From positions 143,984 to 207,983 of the forward strand of contig JAJDCA010000014.1 in NCBI GenBank assembly GCA_029261055.1: a stretch of 64,000 nucleotides of DNA, in the 5' to 3' direction. Made by a program: the position numbers and the translations under genes. The notes beneath the pieces were generated by a model, which did not search any database, was not told where the DNA came from, and saw only the letters and a list, made by a program, of their open reading frames with translations. This DNA is from Candidatus Omnitrophota bacterium (lineage in GTDB: Bacteria; Omnitrophota; Gorgyraeia; Zapsychrales; Zapsychraceae). Position 1 is the stretch's first letter, and every line of letters begins with the position of its first letter. Below are positions 49,797 through 57,783 of the stretch, one piece after another.

Positions 49797-50246
49797 ATGT
49801 TTACAGGCACTACAGAAATATTTATTAAAATTATTTTGGCTATTGTATTAAGTGGCCTTATTGGTTTGGAACGGGAGCTTCGTCAGAAGGGGGCAGGATT
49901 ACGGACGCATATCCTTGTAGGTGTCGGTTCAACCCTTATTGTTTTGACGTCATTACATCTGTTTGATATGTACAAGGACGTAACCATTGTCGATCCTACG
50001 CGCATGATTACAGGAATTGTTACTGGGATTGGTTTTTTGTGTGCAGGGACCATTATTCGTTCTGGAGATCAGGTGAAAGGATTAACGACTGCAGCAACAC
50101 TTTGGATCGTTTCCGGTGTTGGAATAGCTGTTGGGGCAGGGCATTACAGTGCTGCCACCGTTGTTTCCAGCATTGTTTGTCTTGTTTTAATTATTGTTAG
50201 GAGTCTTGAAATAAAAATTGCTAAGAAAGTTAGACATCGTCATTGA
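49797..50246 (+). CDS. mgtC: MgtC/SapB-family membrane protein (MgtC domain only)
   Basis: IILAIVLSGLIGLERELRQKGAGLRTHILVGVGSTL with four or five TM segments. Start placed at ATG 49797 behind the RBS aggagg. The ORF-track start at 49737 reads through the repeat element. Confidence 0.75.
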   Translation: MFTGTTEIFIKIILAIVLSGLIGLERELRQKGAGLRTHILVGVGSTLIVLTSLHLFDMYKDVTIVDPTRMITGIVTGIGFLCAGTIIRSGDQVKGLTTAATLWIVSGVGIAVGAGHYSAATVVSSIVCLVLIIVRSLEIKIAKKVRHRH

Positions 50247-50261
50247 GCAGGAGGGTAAACT

Positions 50262-50780
50262 ATGGGATTAAGACATCGAAAACAGTCACGTGAAACTGAA
50301 GAAGATAAGACGATTGAAATTAGTGCTCAGATGCAGGGGTCACTGGTATTTAAAGATCCGATTGATTTGAAGATAAATGGCAATTTTGATGGGAGCCTGG
50401 AAGCCAGAGGGACGGTTACGATTGGAGAAACATCTAGCGTTGAGGCTGATGTCAGTGCAGACAATATTGTCATTGCGGGAAAGATTACAGGCAATATTAA
50501 GGCGAGCAAAATGTTGGTGCTTATGCCAACAGCTGTCTTAAAAGGAGACATTTCGACACCCAAGTTGAATATTGTTGAAGGCGCCATTTTTCATGGCAAT
50601 TGTCAAATGGTGGATGATTTATTAGGGATTGATGAAGTGTCGAGATATCTTGAAATTGACATTAATGAAATTGAAGAGCTCGCAAAATCTGGTCGTATCC
50701 CTGGGTTAAAAAAGGGAGAAGATTGGAAATTTGAACGCAATCAAATCGACAATTGGGCTTCTTCGGGAAAATTGAAATAA
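50262..50780 (+). CDS. Bactofilin-domain protein with a C-terminal excisionase-type (HTH_17-like) helix-turn-helix
   Basis: Residues about 20-120 are beta-helix bactofilin repeats (GTVTIGETSSVEADVSADNIVIAGKITGNIKASKMLVLMPTAVLKGDISTPKLNIVEGAIFHGN). The C-terminus VSRYLEIDINEIEELAKSGRIPGLKKGEDWKFERNQIDNW fits the excisionase-family HTH pattern. Confidence 0.7.
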   Translation: MGLRHRKQSRETEEDKTIEISAQMQGSLVFKDPIDLKINGNFDGSLEARGTVTIGETSSVEADVSADNIVIAGKITGNIKASKMLVLMPTAVLKGDISTPKLNIVEGAIFHGNCQMVDDLLGIDEVSRYLEIDINEIEELAKSGRIPGLKKGEDWKFERNQIDNWASSGKLK

Positions 50781-50784
50781 TAGA

Positions 50785-50890
50785 ATAAAAGAAGCAAAGG
50801 TGTAAAGAGGCAAGATGCAGAGACAAAAAAGTCAGTAGAGATTTTAAATCTTTGCTTCTTGTTTCTTATTCCTCTGCTTCTCTAAAAAAA
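50785..50890. repeat. Copy C of the dispersed AG/CT palindromic element
   Basis: aaagaagcaaaggtgtaaagaggcaagatgcagagacaaaaaa ... ctttgcttcttgtttcttattcctctgcttctctaaaaaaa. Ends directly at the ATG of the following gene. Confidence 0.6.
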
Positions 50891-51193
50891 ATGACGGCAT
50901 CCCAATTCATATCCGTAAGAGAAACAGCCCAAATACTTTCTGTATCTGAGAAGAAAGTGATGGAAATTATTGCCGACCGAAAGTTGCAAGCCTACCGCAT
51001 TGCCAATAAATTTTTACGTCTCAAAAAAGCCGATGTATTGTTTTTGCGTAATTCCGGCAACATCGCCACCGAAACCATGGCTCACGCATACACCTCCTCC
51101 GAAAAAATAAAAGACTTTTTCTATTTTAACGACTTTTACCTACTCTCCGCCGTCTTCGCCAGCGGCTTGCTGTACGTCATATTTTTTACATAA
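50891..51193 (+). CDS. Small tail-anchored protein: N-terminal excisionase-type HTH plus a C-terminal TM helix
   Basis: MTASQFISVRETAQILSVSEKKVMEIIADRKLQAYRIANKFLRLKKADV (HTH_17-like), then a linker and the C-terminal helix LLSAVFASGLLYVIFF. ATG at 50891 preferred over the TTG at 50852, which lies inside the repeat. Confidence 0.5.
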   Translation: MTASQFISVRETAQILSVSEKKVMEIIADRKLQAYRIANKFLRLKKADVLFLRNSGNIATETMAHAYTSSEKIKDFFYFNDFYLLSAVFASGLLYVIFFT

Positions 51194-51283
51194 AATATTT
51201 GGAAATCCCACCAAGTGGCCGTTCTAGGCTGAATATGTTACACTTTTCTTAAATCTTTTAATATTACTAATAGTCTAATTTTT

Positions 51284-54200
51284 ATGAAAAAAATGTGTAA
51301 AATAATCATTTTTCGTGTTTTTGTGTGGTTAATCTTTTTTATCTTTATGGTTCAAGGGATAGGGCCTTTGCCATTGTCCCATGCTCAGACATCTATGCCT
51401 ATCGAAGGTTCTGGTGTGCAAGGTTTACGTTTGGGGTTAACACCAATGTTTACACCTGTTTTGCTTAAAGGGATTAAAATTTTCCCGAGTAATCCATTTC
51501 AGTTTGAGTTTATGGTGGGTGCGGGCAATACGGTTGTGCAGGGTGATTTACTCAAAAAAGAATCATCCCGGCTTGTTAAATACTTTTTAACATCCCTTAC
51601 AGTCCCGGATGCAGATTTGTGGGTTAATCTTTCTCCAGACGAACCAGATCGGATTATTCCCGAGCAATTTGGTCAAACCGAAATGGGACGTGACCTGTTG
51701 GCACAGGACTACAGGCTGAAACAAATCACAGCATCATTGATGTATCCGGAAGATGAGTTAGGGGAAGAATTTTGGGATCAGGTGTATGAGCAGGTGTATC
51801 AAGAATATGGAACAATGAATATTCCGATTGATATGCTTAACAAAGTTTGGATTGTGCCGGAGAAAGCCGTTGTCTACGAGAATGTAGAAATGAACACGGC
51901 ATTTGTGCTGGAATCACGGTTGCGTGTTATGCTGGAAGAAGATTATGTAGGGGAGGGGCTTGCCCCCTCCCGTATTACGGGCAGACGCAAGGCCCGCCCC
52001 TACAGTAATTCTAATAAGATTTCCACCGCAGTCATCCGTAAAATTATTATTCCCGCCATTGAACGCGAAGTTAATCATGGACAGGGATTTTCTAAATTAC
52101 GCCAAATTTACCATTCCTTGATTCTTGCCACATGGTTTAAGCGCAATCTTAAGAAGTCTATTTTGAGTCAGATCTATGTGGGTCAAAATAAAATTACAGG
52201 TGTAGATATCCATGACAAACAAGCGAAAGATAAACTTTACCATCAATATTTAAAGGCCTTTCAGAAGGGGGCATACAACTACATCAAAGAAGATTACGAC
52301 CCGGTTACTCAGCAAATCGTACCCAGGAAGTATTTTTCAGGAGGGATTGAGTTGGCGATGCTTTCTTCAGGAAAAAAAGTTTTTGAGGCATTAGATGCGG
52401 CCATGCAGGTTACGAAAGAAATTTCGGATCAGTTGTTAAAAGAAATAACAGGGAAAACAGCAAGTTTTAAAGTACCTGTAAAGATTCTTCCAGAATCGGG
52501 GAAGGACACAAAAGGGACAAATTTAGGAATTTTTACAGCAAAAAAACAAAAGAAATTTAGAAATATTATTAATCCTAAAAAAGTAAAAACAGCGGAAGAT
52601 TTAGTCCGCATTATTGAGCAAATAAAAAAGGATAATATCCCAAAGGAAAGAAATTATTCCAAATACAGCCGCGTTTTAATAACCGGAATATCCATTCTTT
52701 CGCATGAATTGTACCAGCCATACCTTAATGATTTAGCCCGTATTAAGCTGAATGAGCTTAATACATTGGAAATTGACATCCAGGAATCTGACTTTAATTG
52801 GACAAAAGATATGCTGCATAGATTGCAAGTTTTAGCCAATTTTATCCCAACCATCGAAAATCCTAATGAGGACTTATTTATTGATGTTTTTGCAGGTTTT
52901 ACGGATGAACAGATAAAGATACTAGCAAATTCAGGGGATTTTCTGGATTTACAATTAAGTAAAAATTGTGTGCATCAATGTCTGTTTTGTAATGTTTCAA
53001 AGAATACGATACAAGGGGCCCCACGGCATATGCCATTTTCTCTTGCCATCAAAATAGCAAAGCGGATTCGTCGAGAAGGGCAATCTAATGTAAGTTTATA
53101 TCGGAAGAGCGACCCTTTGCATTATCATGACAAGGTCATTAATGCCACGTATGGTGATGTTGCTAGGCACTTAATTCCACTAGGGTATTATCTTTCTACA
53201 ATAACGCATGGGGATACAGGTGTTTTAGGGGAAGAGAATATGCGAGAAATTGTAAAAAGGTTTCCTCCATCCTTGTGGGGGCTCGAATTTAGTTTAAATG
53301 CTTATTATGCGAATGTAAAAAGGTATGCAATCAAAAAGGTGAATGGTGAAATAGATGCTGCGGAGGATGATGAAGTTAGGCAAAAACTTGTAAAGCCATA
53401 TGTGGATAATTTTGCTTCATTATTAGTAGAGCTTATTCCACAGGTTGAAGTAGACATAAGAGATCTTTTTTATGGTAAAAAAGTCGAGAAAATTTTGGAA
53501 GGGGCTGGTTTGCAGTTTGCGCTATCTGTTGTCAAAGAAATGCAATCTGTGCAAAATAAAATTTGGGAAGATGTCGGTAAAATTGTTTTTGAAAAAACAG
53601 GAAAATATATTCCTGTAAAGCATGATTTTGAATTTACAAGTGGCATTCGTTTTACTTATGATATGGTTTGGGAAAGTGATGCTGTATCATTTTTAAAAGA
53701 GTTAGGTGTTAAGGAAGATATTATTAGAGGCATTAATAAAAGTACACAAAGAGGGTTAGATGATCGTACTGAAGGCGAAAATTTTGTTTTACAGATTAAT
53801 ACAAATGGTTCTTTGTCATTACGAGTTGCAGAGGCTGAGGATCTTCGATTTAGAACCTTTGAAGAAATGTTTACGAGCGCTGATGCGGAAGGATTTCGCT
53901 CTTTTTTAGAGGTTATTAAAATTGTTCTTAAAACAAATTCTTTTAAATTTGATAAACAAATGGATGCAAAAGTATTAAGAAAAGATGTTAGTAAGGGGGT
54001 GCTTAAAAAATTATTTAAGAATGCTCTTAATTCCTCGGAAGATATTGAGAAATTCTTAATTAATAGAAGTTATTTGGTGAAAGGTTCAACACTTCAAACA
54101 TTCCACTATTTTGAAGTATTATTTGGTTTTTTTTATTCTAAAGAAGACATGTTGGCTGATTTGAAAAATAAGAAGTTTGAAGATATGTTTGAGAAATTAA

Positions 54201-54757
54201 AAAAAGTGCCTTTTCCTATTGGGGTAGACTTTTTTGTTAAGTTTAAACAAAAACAGTTTTTAGATAGGTATTCTTACCGAATTATTAAGGATCAGCATCC
54301 AAGATATCCGAGAAATATTAATCAATCAGTTCGTCATTTCAATTTGTCAAAAAATGTATTTTCCTCATTAAGAGAAAATAATCCTCTTGAAATTGAATAT
54401 GAAAAGTTAGAACGCCCGTCATTTATTGATGAAAGCAACCAAACTGCTTTTTATGATTCGGCACTTCTTGCAGACGGGCTTAATGAGAAATTTGGCGGGA
54501 TTGATTTGACTGCGGATAGTTTGCCTTTGCAGGCACGTGGAGAGGGAATTGAGTTTAAGTTTCCTTCTAACAGTAATATTCCTTGTTTCGATGATGACAA
54601 CGACGGTACCTGTGACCGTATTGATGTAGAAGGGCTTGCTACTATGTCCATCACGGGATTTCGGCCGGAGTTTTTTGAAATTGTGCCGGTGAATAGTGTG
54701 TCGGGATGGTTGGGCATTTCAGTGCAACGACCAACCATCCCAGATCTGTCTTTATGA
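51284..54757 (+). CDS. Giant hypothetical protein (1157 aa) with an N-terminal signal or anchor sequence and a central CX3CX2C motif
   Basis: Long uninterrupted ORF. N-terminus MKKMCKIIIFRVFVWLIFFIFMVQG. About 560 aa in: SKNCVHQCLFCNV (CX3CX2C), followed about 40 aa later by SDPLHY, which recalls the radical-SAM GGEPL position. No other family is recognisable by eye. Confidence 0.6.
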   Translation: MKKMCKIIIFRVFVWLIFFIFMVQGIGPLPLSHAQTSMPIEGSGVQGLRLGLTPMFTPVLLKGIKIFPSNPFQFEFMVGAGNTVVQGDLLKKESSRLVKYFLTSLTVPDADLWVNLSPDEPDRIIPEQFGQTEMGRDLLAQDYRLKQITASLMYPEDELGEEFWDQVYEQVYQEYGTMNIPIDMLNKVWIVPEKAVVYENVEMNTAFVLESRLRVMLEEDYVGEGLAPSRITGRRKARPYSNSNKISTAVIRKIIIPAIEREVNHGQGFSKLRQIYHSLILATWFKRNLKKSILSQIYVGQNKITGVDIHDKQAKDKLYHQYLKAFQKGAYNYIKEDYDPVTQQIVPRKYFSGGIELAMLSSGKKVFEALDAAMQVTKEISDQLLKEITGKTASFKVPVKILPESGKDTKGTNLGIFTAKKQKKFRNIINPKKVKTAEDLVRIIEQIKKDNIPKERNYSKYSRVLITGISILSHELYQPYLNDLARIKLNELNTLEIDIQESDFNWTKDMLHRLQVLANFIPTIENPNEDLFIDVFAGFTDEQIKILANSGDFLDLQLSKNCVHQCLFCNVSKNTIQGAPRHMPFSLAIKIAKRIRREGQSNVSLYRKSDPLHYHDKVINATYGDVARHLIPLGYYLSTITHGDTGVLGEENMREIVKRFPPSLWGLEFSLNAYYANVKRYAIKKVNGEIDAAEDDEVRQKLVKPYVDNFASLLVELIPQVEVDIRDLFYGKKVEKILEGAGLQFALSVVKEMQSVQNKIWEDVGKIVFEKTGKYIPVKHDFEFTSGIRFTYDMVWESDAVSFLKELGVKEDIIRGINKSTQRGLDDRTEGENFVLQINTNGSLSLRVAEAEDLRFRTFEEMFTSADAEGFRSFLEVIKIVLKTNSFKFDKQMDAKVLRKDVSKGVLKKLFKNALNSSEDIEKFLINRSYLVKGSTLQTFHYFEVLFGFFYSKEDMLADLKNKKFEDMFEKLKKVPFPIGVDFFVKFKQKQFLDRYSYRIIKDQHPRYPRNINQSVRHFNLSKNVFSSLRENNPLEIEYEKLERPSFIDESNQTAFYDSALLADGLNEKFGGIDLTADSLPLQARGEGIEFKFPSNSNIPCFDDDNDGTCDRIDVEGLATMSITGFRPEFFEIVPVNSVSGWLGISVQRPTIPDLSL

Positions 54758-55069
54758 TTTCTTTTCTAATACTTTTGTCAATTCCCCGCTATTGTGCAGT
54801 TCTATGAGGATGTCACAACCGCCGACAAATTCGCCGTTGGCGTAGAGTTGGGGGATGGTAGGCCAGTCGGAGTATTCTTTAATACCTTCACGAATGTCTT
54901 GGTCATCAAAGATGTTGAATGTTTCAAATTTAACTTTGTATTGGTCAAGGATATCCACCGCCGTTGCCGAAAATCCACATTGAGGAAAGTCGGGTGTGCC
55001 TTTCATGTAGAGAAAGATGGCATTGGATTTGATTTGGTCTTCTATTTTTTGTTTAAGTTCATCGGTCAT
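54752..55069 (-). CDS. grxD: Monothiol glutaredoxin (Grx4/GrxD family, CGFS active site)
   Basis: 105 aa containing FLYMKGTPDFPQCGFS and DILIELHNSGEL. Confidence 0.85.
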   Translation of the reverse strand: MTDELKQKIEDQIKSNAIFLYMKGTPDFPQCGFSATAVDILDQYKVKFETFNIFDDQDIREGIKEYSDWPTIPQLYANGEFVGGCDILIELHNSGELTKVLEKKS

Positions 55070-55083
55070 TGTGTCTCCTTTTT

Positions 55084-55178
55084 TAAAAGAAGCAAAGATG
55101 TAAAGAGGTAAGAGGTAGAGAAAAAATCATGTTGATGAAGCTTTTCTCTGCTTCTTGCGCCTTTGCTTCTTGTTTCTT
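55084..55178. repeat. Copy D of the dispersed AG/CT palindromic element
   Basis: aaaagaagcaaagatgtaaagaggtaagaggtagagaaaaaa ... cttttctctgcttcttgcgcctttgcttcttgtttctt. Lies between the bolA stop and the grx RBS on the minus strand. Its arms are nearly identical to copy C but arranged in a different order. Confidence 0.55.
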
Positions 55179-55182
55179 AACA

Positions 55183-55443
55183 CTAGAATCCATATTGTGT
55201 TTTTACTTCATTCCATTTATTGGGGGTAAACGTCCTTAACCCTAGGGCATGGACGGATTGTTTGAATTCTTCCTTTAAAGGTTTCATGACCATTTGATGC
55301 TGCTTAACAAGAGGCAGGCCTTCAAAGTTGGGGCTGATGACAATGGCTTCAAAATGCTGGCCGTCGTCTTTGGGTTCCATCACATGGGCCGTGGCACCTG
55401 TAACGGAGGATTCAATCATTTGTTTGAGGTCTTCTGACATCAT
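55183..55443 (-). CDS. bolA: BolA-family protein
   Basis: 86 aa with a BolA-like fold signature (IVISPNFEGLPLVKQHQMV...ALGLRTFTP). Adjacent to a CGFS glutaredoxin, its usual partner. Confidence 0.75.
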   Translation of the reverse strand: MMSEDLKQMIESSVTGATAHVMEPKDDGQHFEAIVISPNFEGLPLVKQHQMVMKPLKEEFKQSVHALGLRTFTPNKWNEVKTQYGF

Positions 55444-55477
55444 AAAATATTCCTTTCGAGTGAACCGTACACAAACC

Positions 55478-56425
55478 TCATGCAGACCCCCGAGGTTTGT
55501 GTCTGGTTACAAAGTCAATAACAGTATCTTCTAAACGGCCGTTGTTCAGCCGGTTGATTTCTTGTAAACAGGTAGGGGAGGTGACATTGACTTCGATGAG
55601 ATGATCACCGATTACGTCGATGCCTACAAAGTGCAACCCCAGTTTTTGTAAATGCGGTTTGAGAATTTGAATGATTGCCTCATCCCGCTTGGTTATTTCG
55701 GCGGGCATGGGTTTGCCGCCGGCAAAAAAATTGTTACGGTGTTCATCTTTTGCGTGCACACGCAATACCGCTCCGAGAGGGTCGCCATTAAGAAGAAGGA
55801 TGCGTTTATCGCCTTGGCTGGCTTCAGGTAAACATTGTTGCAGGATAATATCCTGAGCGCCATTGTGTGTTAAGGTTTCGATGATGACGCCAATATTTGT
55901 GTCGCCTTCACGGATACGAAAGATACCTTGGCCACCGTAGCCATTGATGGGCTTGGTGACGATTTCTTTTTCTTCAGATAAAAAGGCAAGGATGTCTGCT
56001 TTATTGCGTGTGATCAGGGTTCGGGGAATGAGCGAAGAAAATTGTGTCACCCAAATTTTCTCATTCGTCGTACGAATACCATTGGGGCTGTTCATGACAA
56101 GAATGCGTTCAGGCAATAAATCCAAGAGCCAGGTATTAAATAAATATTGAGCATCAAAAGGTGGATCATTGCGGATGAATACGGCATCAATGCTGTCTTC
56201 CGTTAAGGTAGCCATTTCATGTTGAATAAAGGGCTGTTCAGCGACTTGCTGGGGTGTGACTTCCGTGCAAGTAAAATGAAGTTTCCCATTTTTTTGTGTC
56301 AGTCCACCATTGTGGCAGGCATACACCTTGTGCCCTTTGCGATGGGCGCCGAGCATTAGAATAAACGATGTGTCTTTCTCCATGATGACGGTATGGAGAG
56401 GGTCCATGAGGAATACAAAATTCAT
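55478..56425 (-). CDS. gshB: Glutathione synthetase (prokaryotic ATP-grasp GshB)
   Basis: Aligns along its length with E. coli GshB: MDPLHTVIMEKDTSF, IRNDPPFD, LITRNKADILAF, GDKRILLLNGDP, VGIDVIGDHLIEVNVTSPTC. Confidence 0.9.
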   Translation of the reverse strand: MNFVFLMDPLHTVIMEKDTSFILMLGAHRKGHKVYACHNGGLTQKNGKLHFTCTEVTPQQVAEQPFIQHEMATLTEDSIDAVFIRNDPPFDAQYLFNTWLLDLLPERILVMNSPNGIRTTNEKIWVTQFSSLIPRTLITRNKADILAFLSEEKEIVTKPINGYGGQGIFRIREGDTNIGVIIETLTHNGAQDIILQQCLPEASQGDKRILLLNGDPLGAVLRVHAKDEHRNNFFAGGKPMPAEITKRDEAIIQILKPHLQKLGLHFVGIDVIGDHLIEVNVTSPTCLQEINRLNNGRLEDTVIDFVTRHKPRGSA

Positions 56426-57726
56426 TTTACATTTTCTTCCAGGCGAATAATTTCTCGATGCGCGGCAATGGCGGCAATACGGGCTAAAATGCGGTAGACG
56501 TCAAAAACATTGACATCATGATGAACTCCGCAGTCACCGTATTTACTGAGATGCGGACACATTTTTTTAAAGACCATGCCTTGGGCATTCAAATTGTCGC
56601 GCTGACCTTTACCGGCATGCGAACGGTAAAATCCACCGACAAGATTATTTTCAATTTGGTAAATGCACGCTTCACTGACTTCTTGTTCGATATTGTAAAT
56701 GGTGGACACCCCTTCCTGCAGAAGGAATCGGTCAATGATTTGTGCGCTTTTACCTTTGTACATCTTGTTACGATTTTTTCGGTTGAGCGTGAGAATATCT
56801 TTGGCATCCTCGATGGGAAGCACGCCCATGCCGTATGTTCCGGAATTTGATTTTAAAACAAGGTAAGGCTTTTCACTAATGTTGTGCTCTTTGTATTTGG
56901 CTTTAATATTGTTCAGTAAATCGGTAGCCGTATCAGCTAAAAGGGTGCGGTCATTTTCTTGATTAATGTTAACGTTGTTTACAACAGAGAATAAGCAGGA
57001 AAAAATCCAAGGGTCAACGTTAAGAATTTTGGCAAACTCTTCGATGAGATCTTTGGTGTGATCGAAATGATGCGACTTAAGGCGCGAATGCCAACCCGCC
57101 TGAATAGAAGGGTAGATCGGCACTTTAGCATTTTTTAAAACATCCGGAATTCCAGTCGTCAAATCATTATTCATGATCATCAAATCAAATTGTTGATGTC
57201 CTGCTTCGTAATCCGCTAAGATTTTTTTGAAACAGTGGATTTTAACGGGATGACCTGTGGCGGTCTCCAATTCAATCGCATGAGCCTTTTCACAAAAGCT
57301 TGGTTGAACGGTTAGAAAGGTTGCGATTTTGACATTGAATCCAGCACGTTCAATGATTTGCTGTAGGATGCGGACGTTTTCCAAATACCAGGCATTACGT
57401 GTGTGCTCTTCGGCAATAATGAGAATATTCTTACATTGCGGCATACGATTAAGGACTGCTTTACGGAGAAATTCGACGGAGTCAGTCAGACCGTGTTCAC
57501 AGAGATTGTTAAATCCGGCGGGAAAAATATTGGTATCCACGACGGCCATCTTAAATCCAGCATTACGAATGTCCACGGAAGAATAGAGAGGGAGTTCTTT
57601 GGCTTCTTCGTACGATTCCAGGAAGCGAAGGATTTCAGCTTGTTTATTTTGGATGCTTTCAATCAGTTGAGGCATCGGGTGCGTTGAATGCAAATGTGAT
57701 GTTTTATTCATGCCTGTATTATCCAT
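56422..57726 (-). CDS. gshA: Putative glutamate--cysteine ligase (compact GshA-family type); assigned mainly from context and size
   Basis: 434 aa, overlapping gshB by 4 nt (translational coupling). It does not resemble E. coli GshA; the call rests on its similarity, from memory, to the about 400-aa bacterial GshA-type family. Confidence 0.5.
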   Translation of the reverse strand: MDNTGMNKTSHLHSTHPMPQLIESIQNKQAEILRFLESYEEAKELPLYSSVDIRNAGFKMAVVDTNIFPAGFNNLCEHGLTDSVEFLRKAVLNRMPQCKNILIIAEEHTRNAWYLENVRILQQIIERAGFNVKIATFLTVQPSFCEKAHAIELETATGHPVKIHCFKKILADYEAGHQQFDLMIMNNDLTTGIPDVLKNAKVPIYPSIQAGWHSRLKSHHFDHTKDLIEEFAKILNVDPWIFSCLFSVVNNVNINQENDRTLLADTATDLLNNIKAKYKEHNISEKPYLVLKSNSGTYGMGVLPIEDAKDILTLNRKNRNKMYKGKSAQIIDRFLLQEGVSTIYNIEQEVSEACIYQIENNLVGGFYRSHAGKGQRDNLNAQGMVFKKMCPHLSKYGDCGVHHDVNVFDVYRILARIAAIAAHREIIRLEENVK

Positions 57727-57783
57727 AAAATAAGGGGATTGTCGAGGCTAAAATGTTGGGGCTAACCGTAAACGAACCAGGTA

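Noticed and set aside
50852-50890. TTG start for the HTH-TM gene
   Set aside because: It lies inside repeat copy C. ATG 50891 directly follows the element.
51194-51283. Promoter for the giant gene (TTACAC...TAATAT)
   Set aside because: The hexamers are only approximate and the spacing is ambiguous (15-18 nt). It cannot be supported without a TSS.
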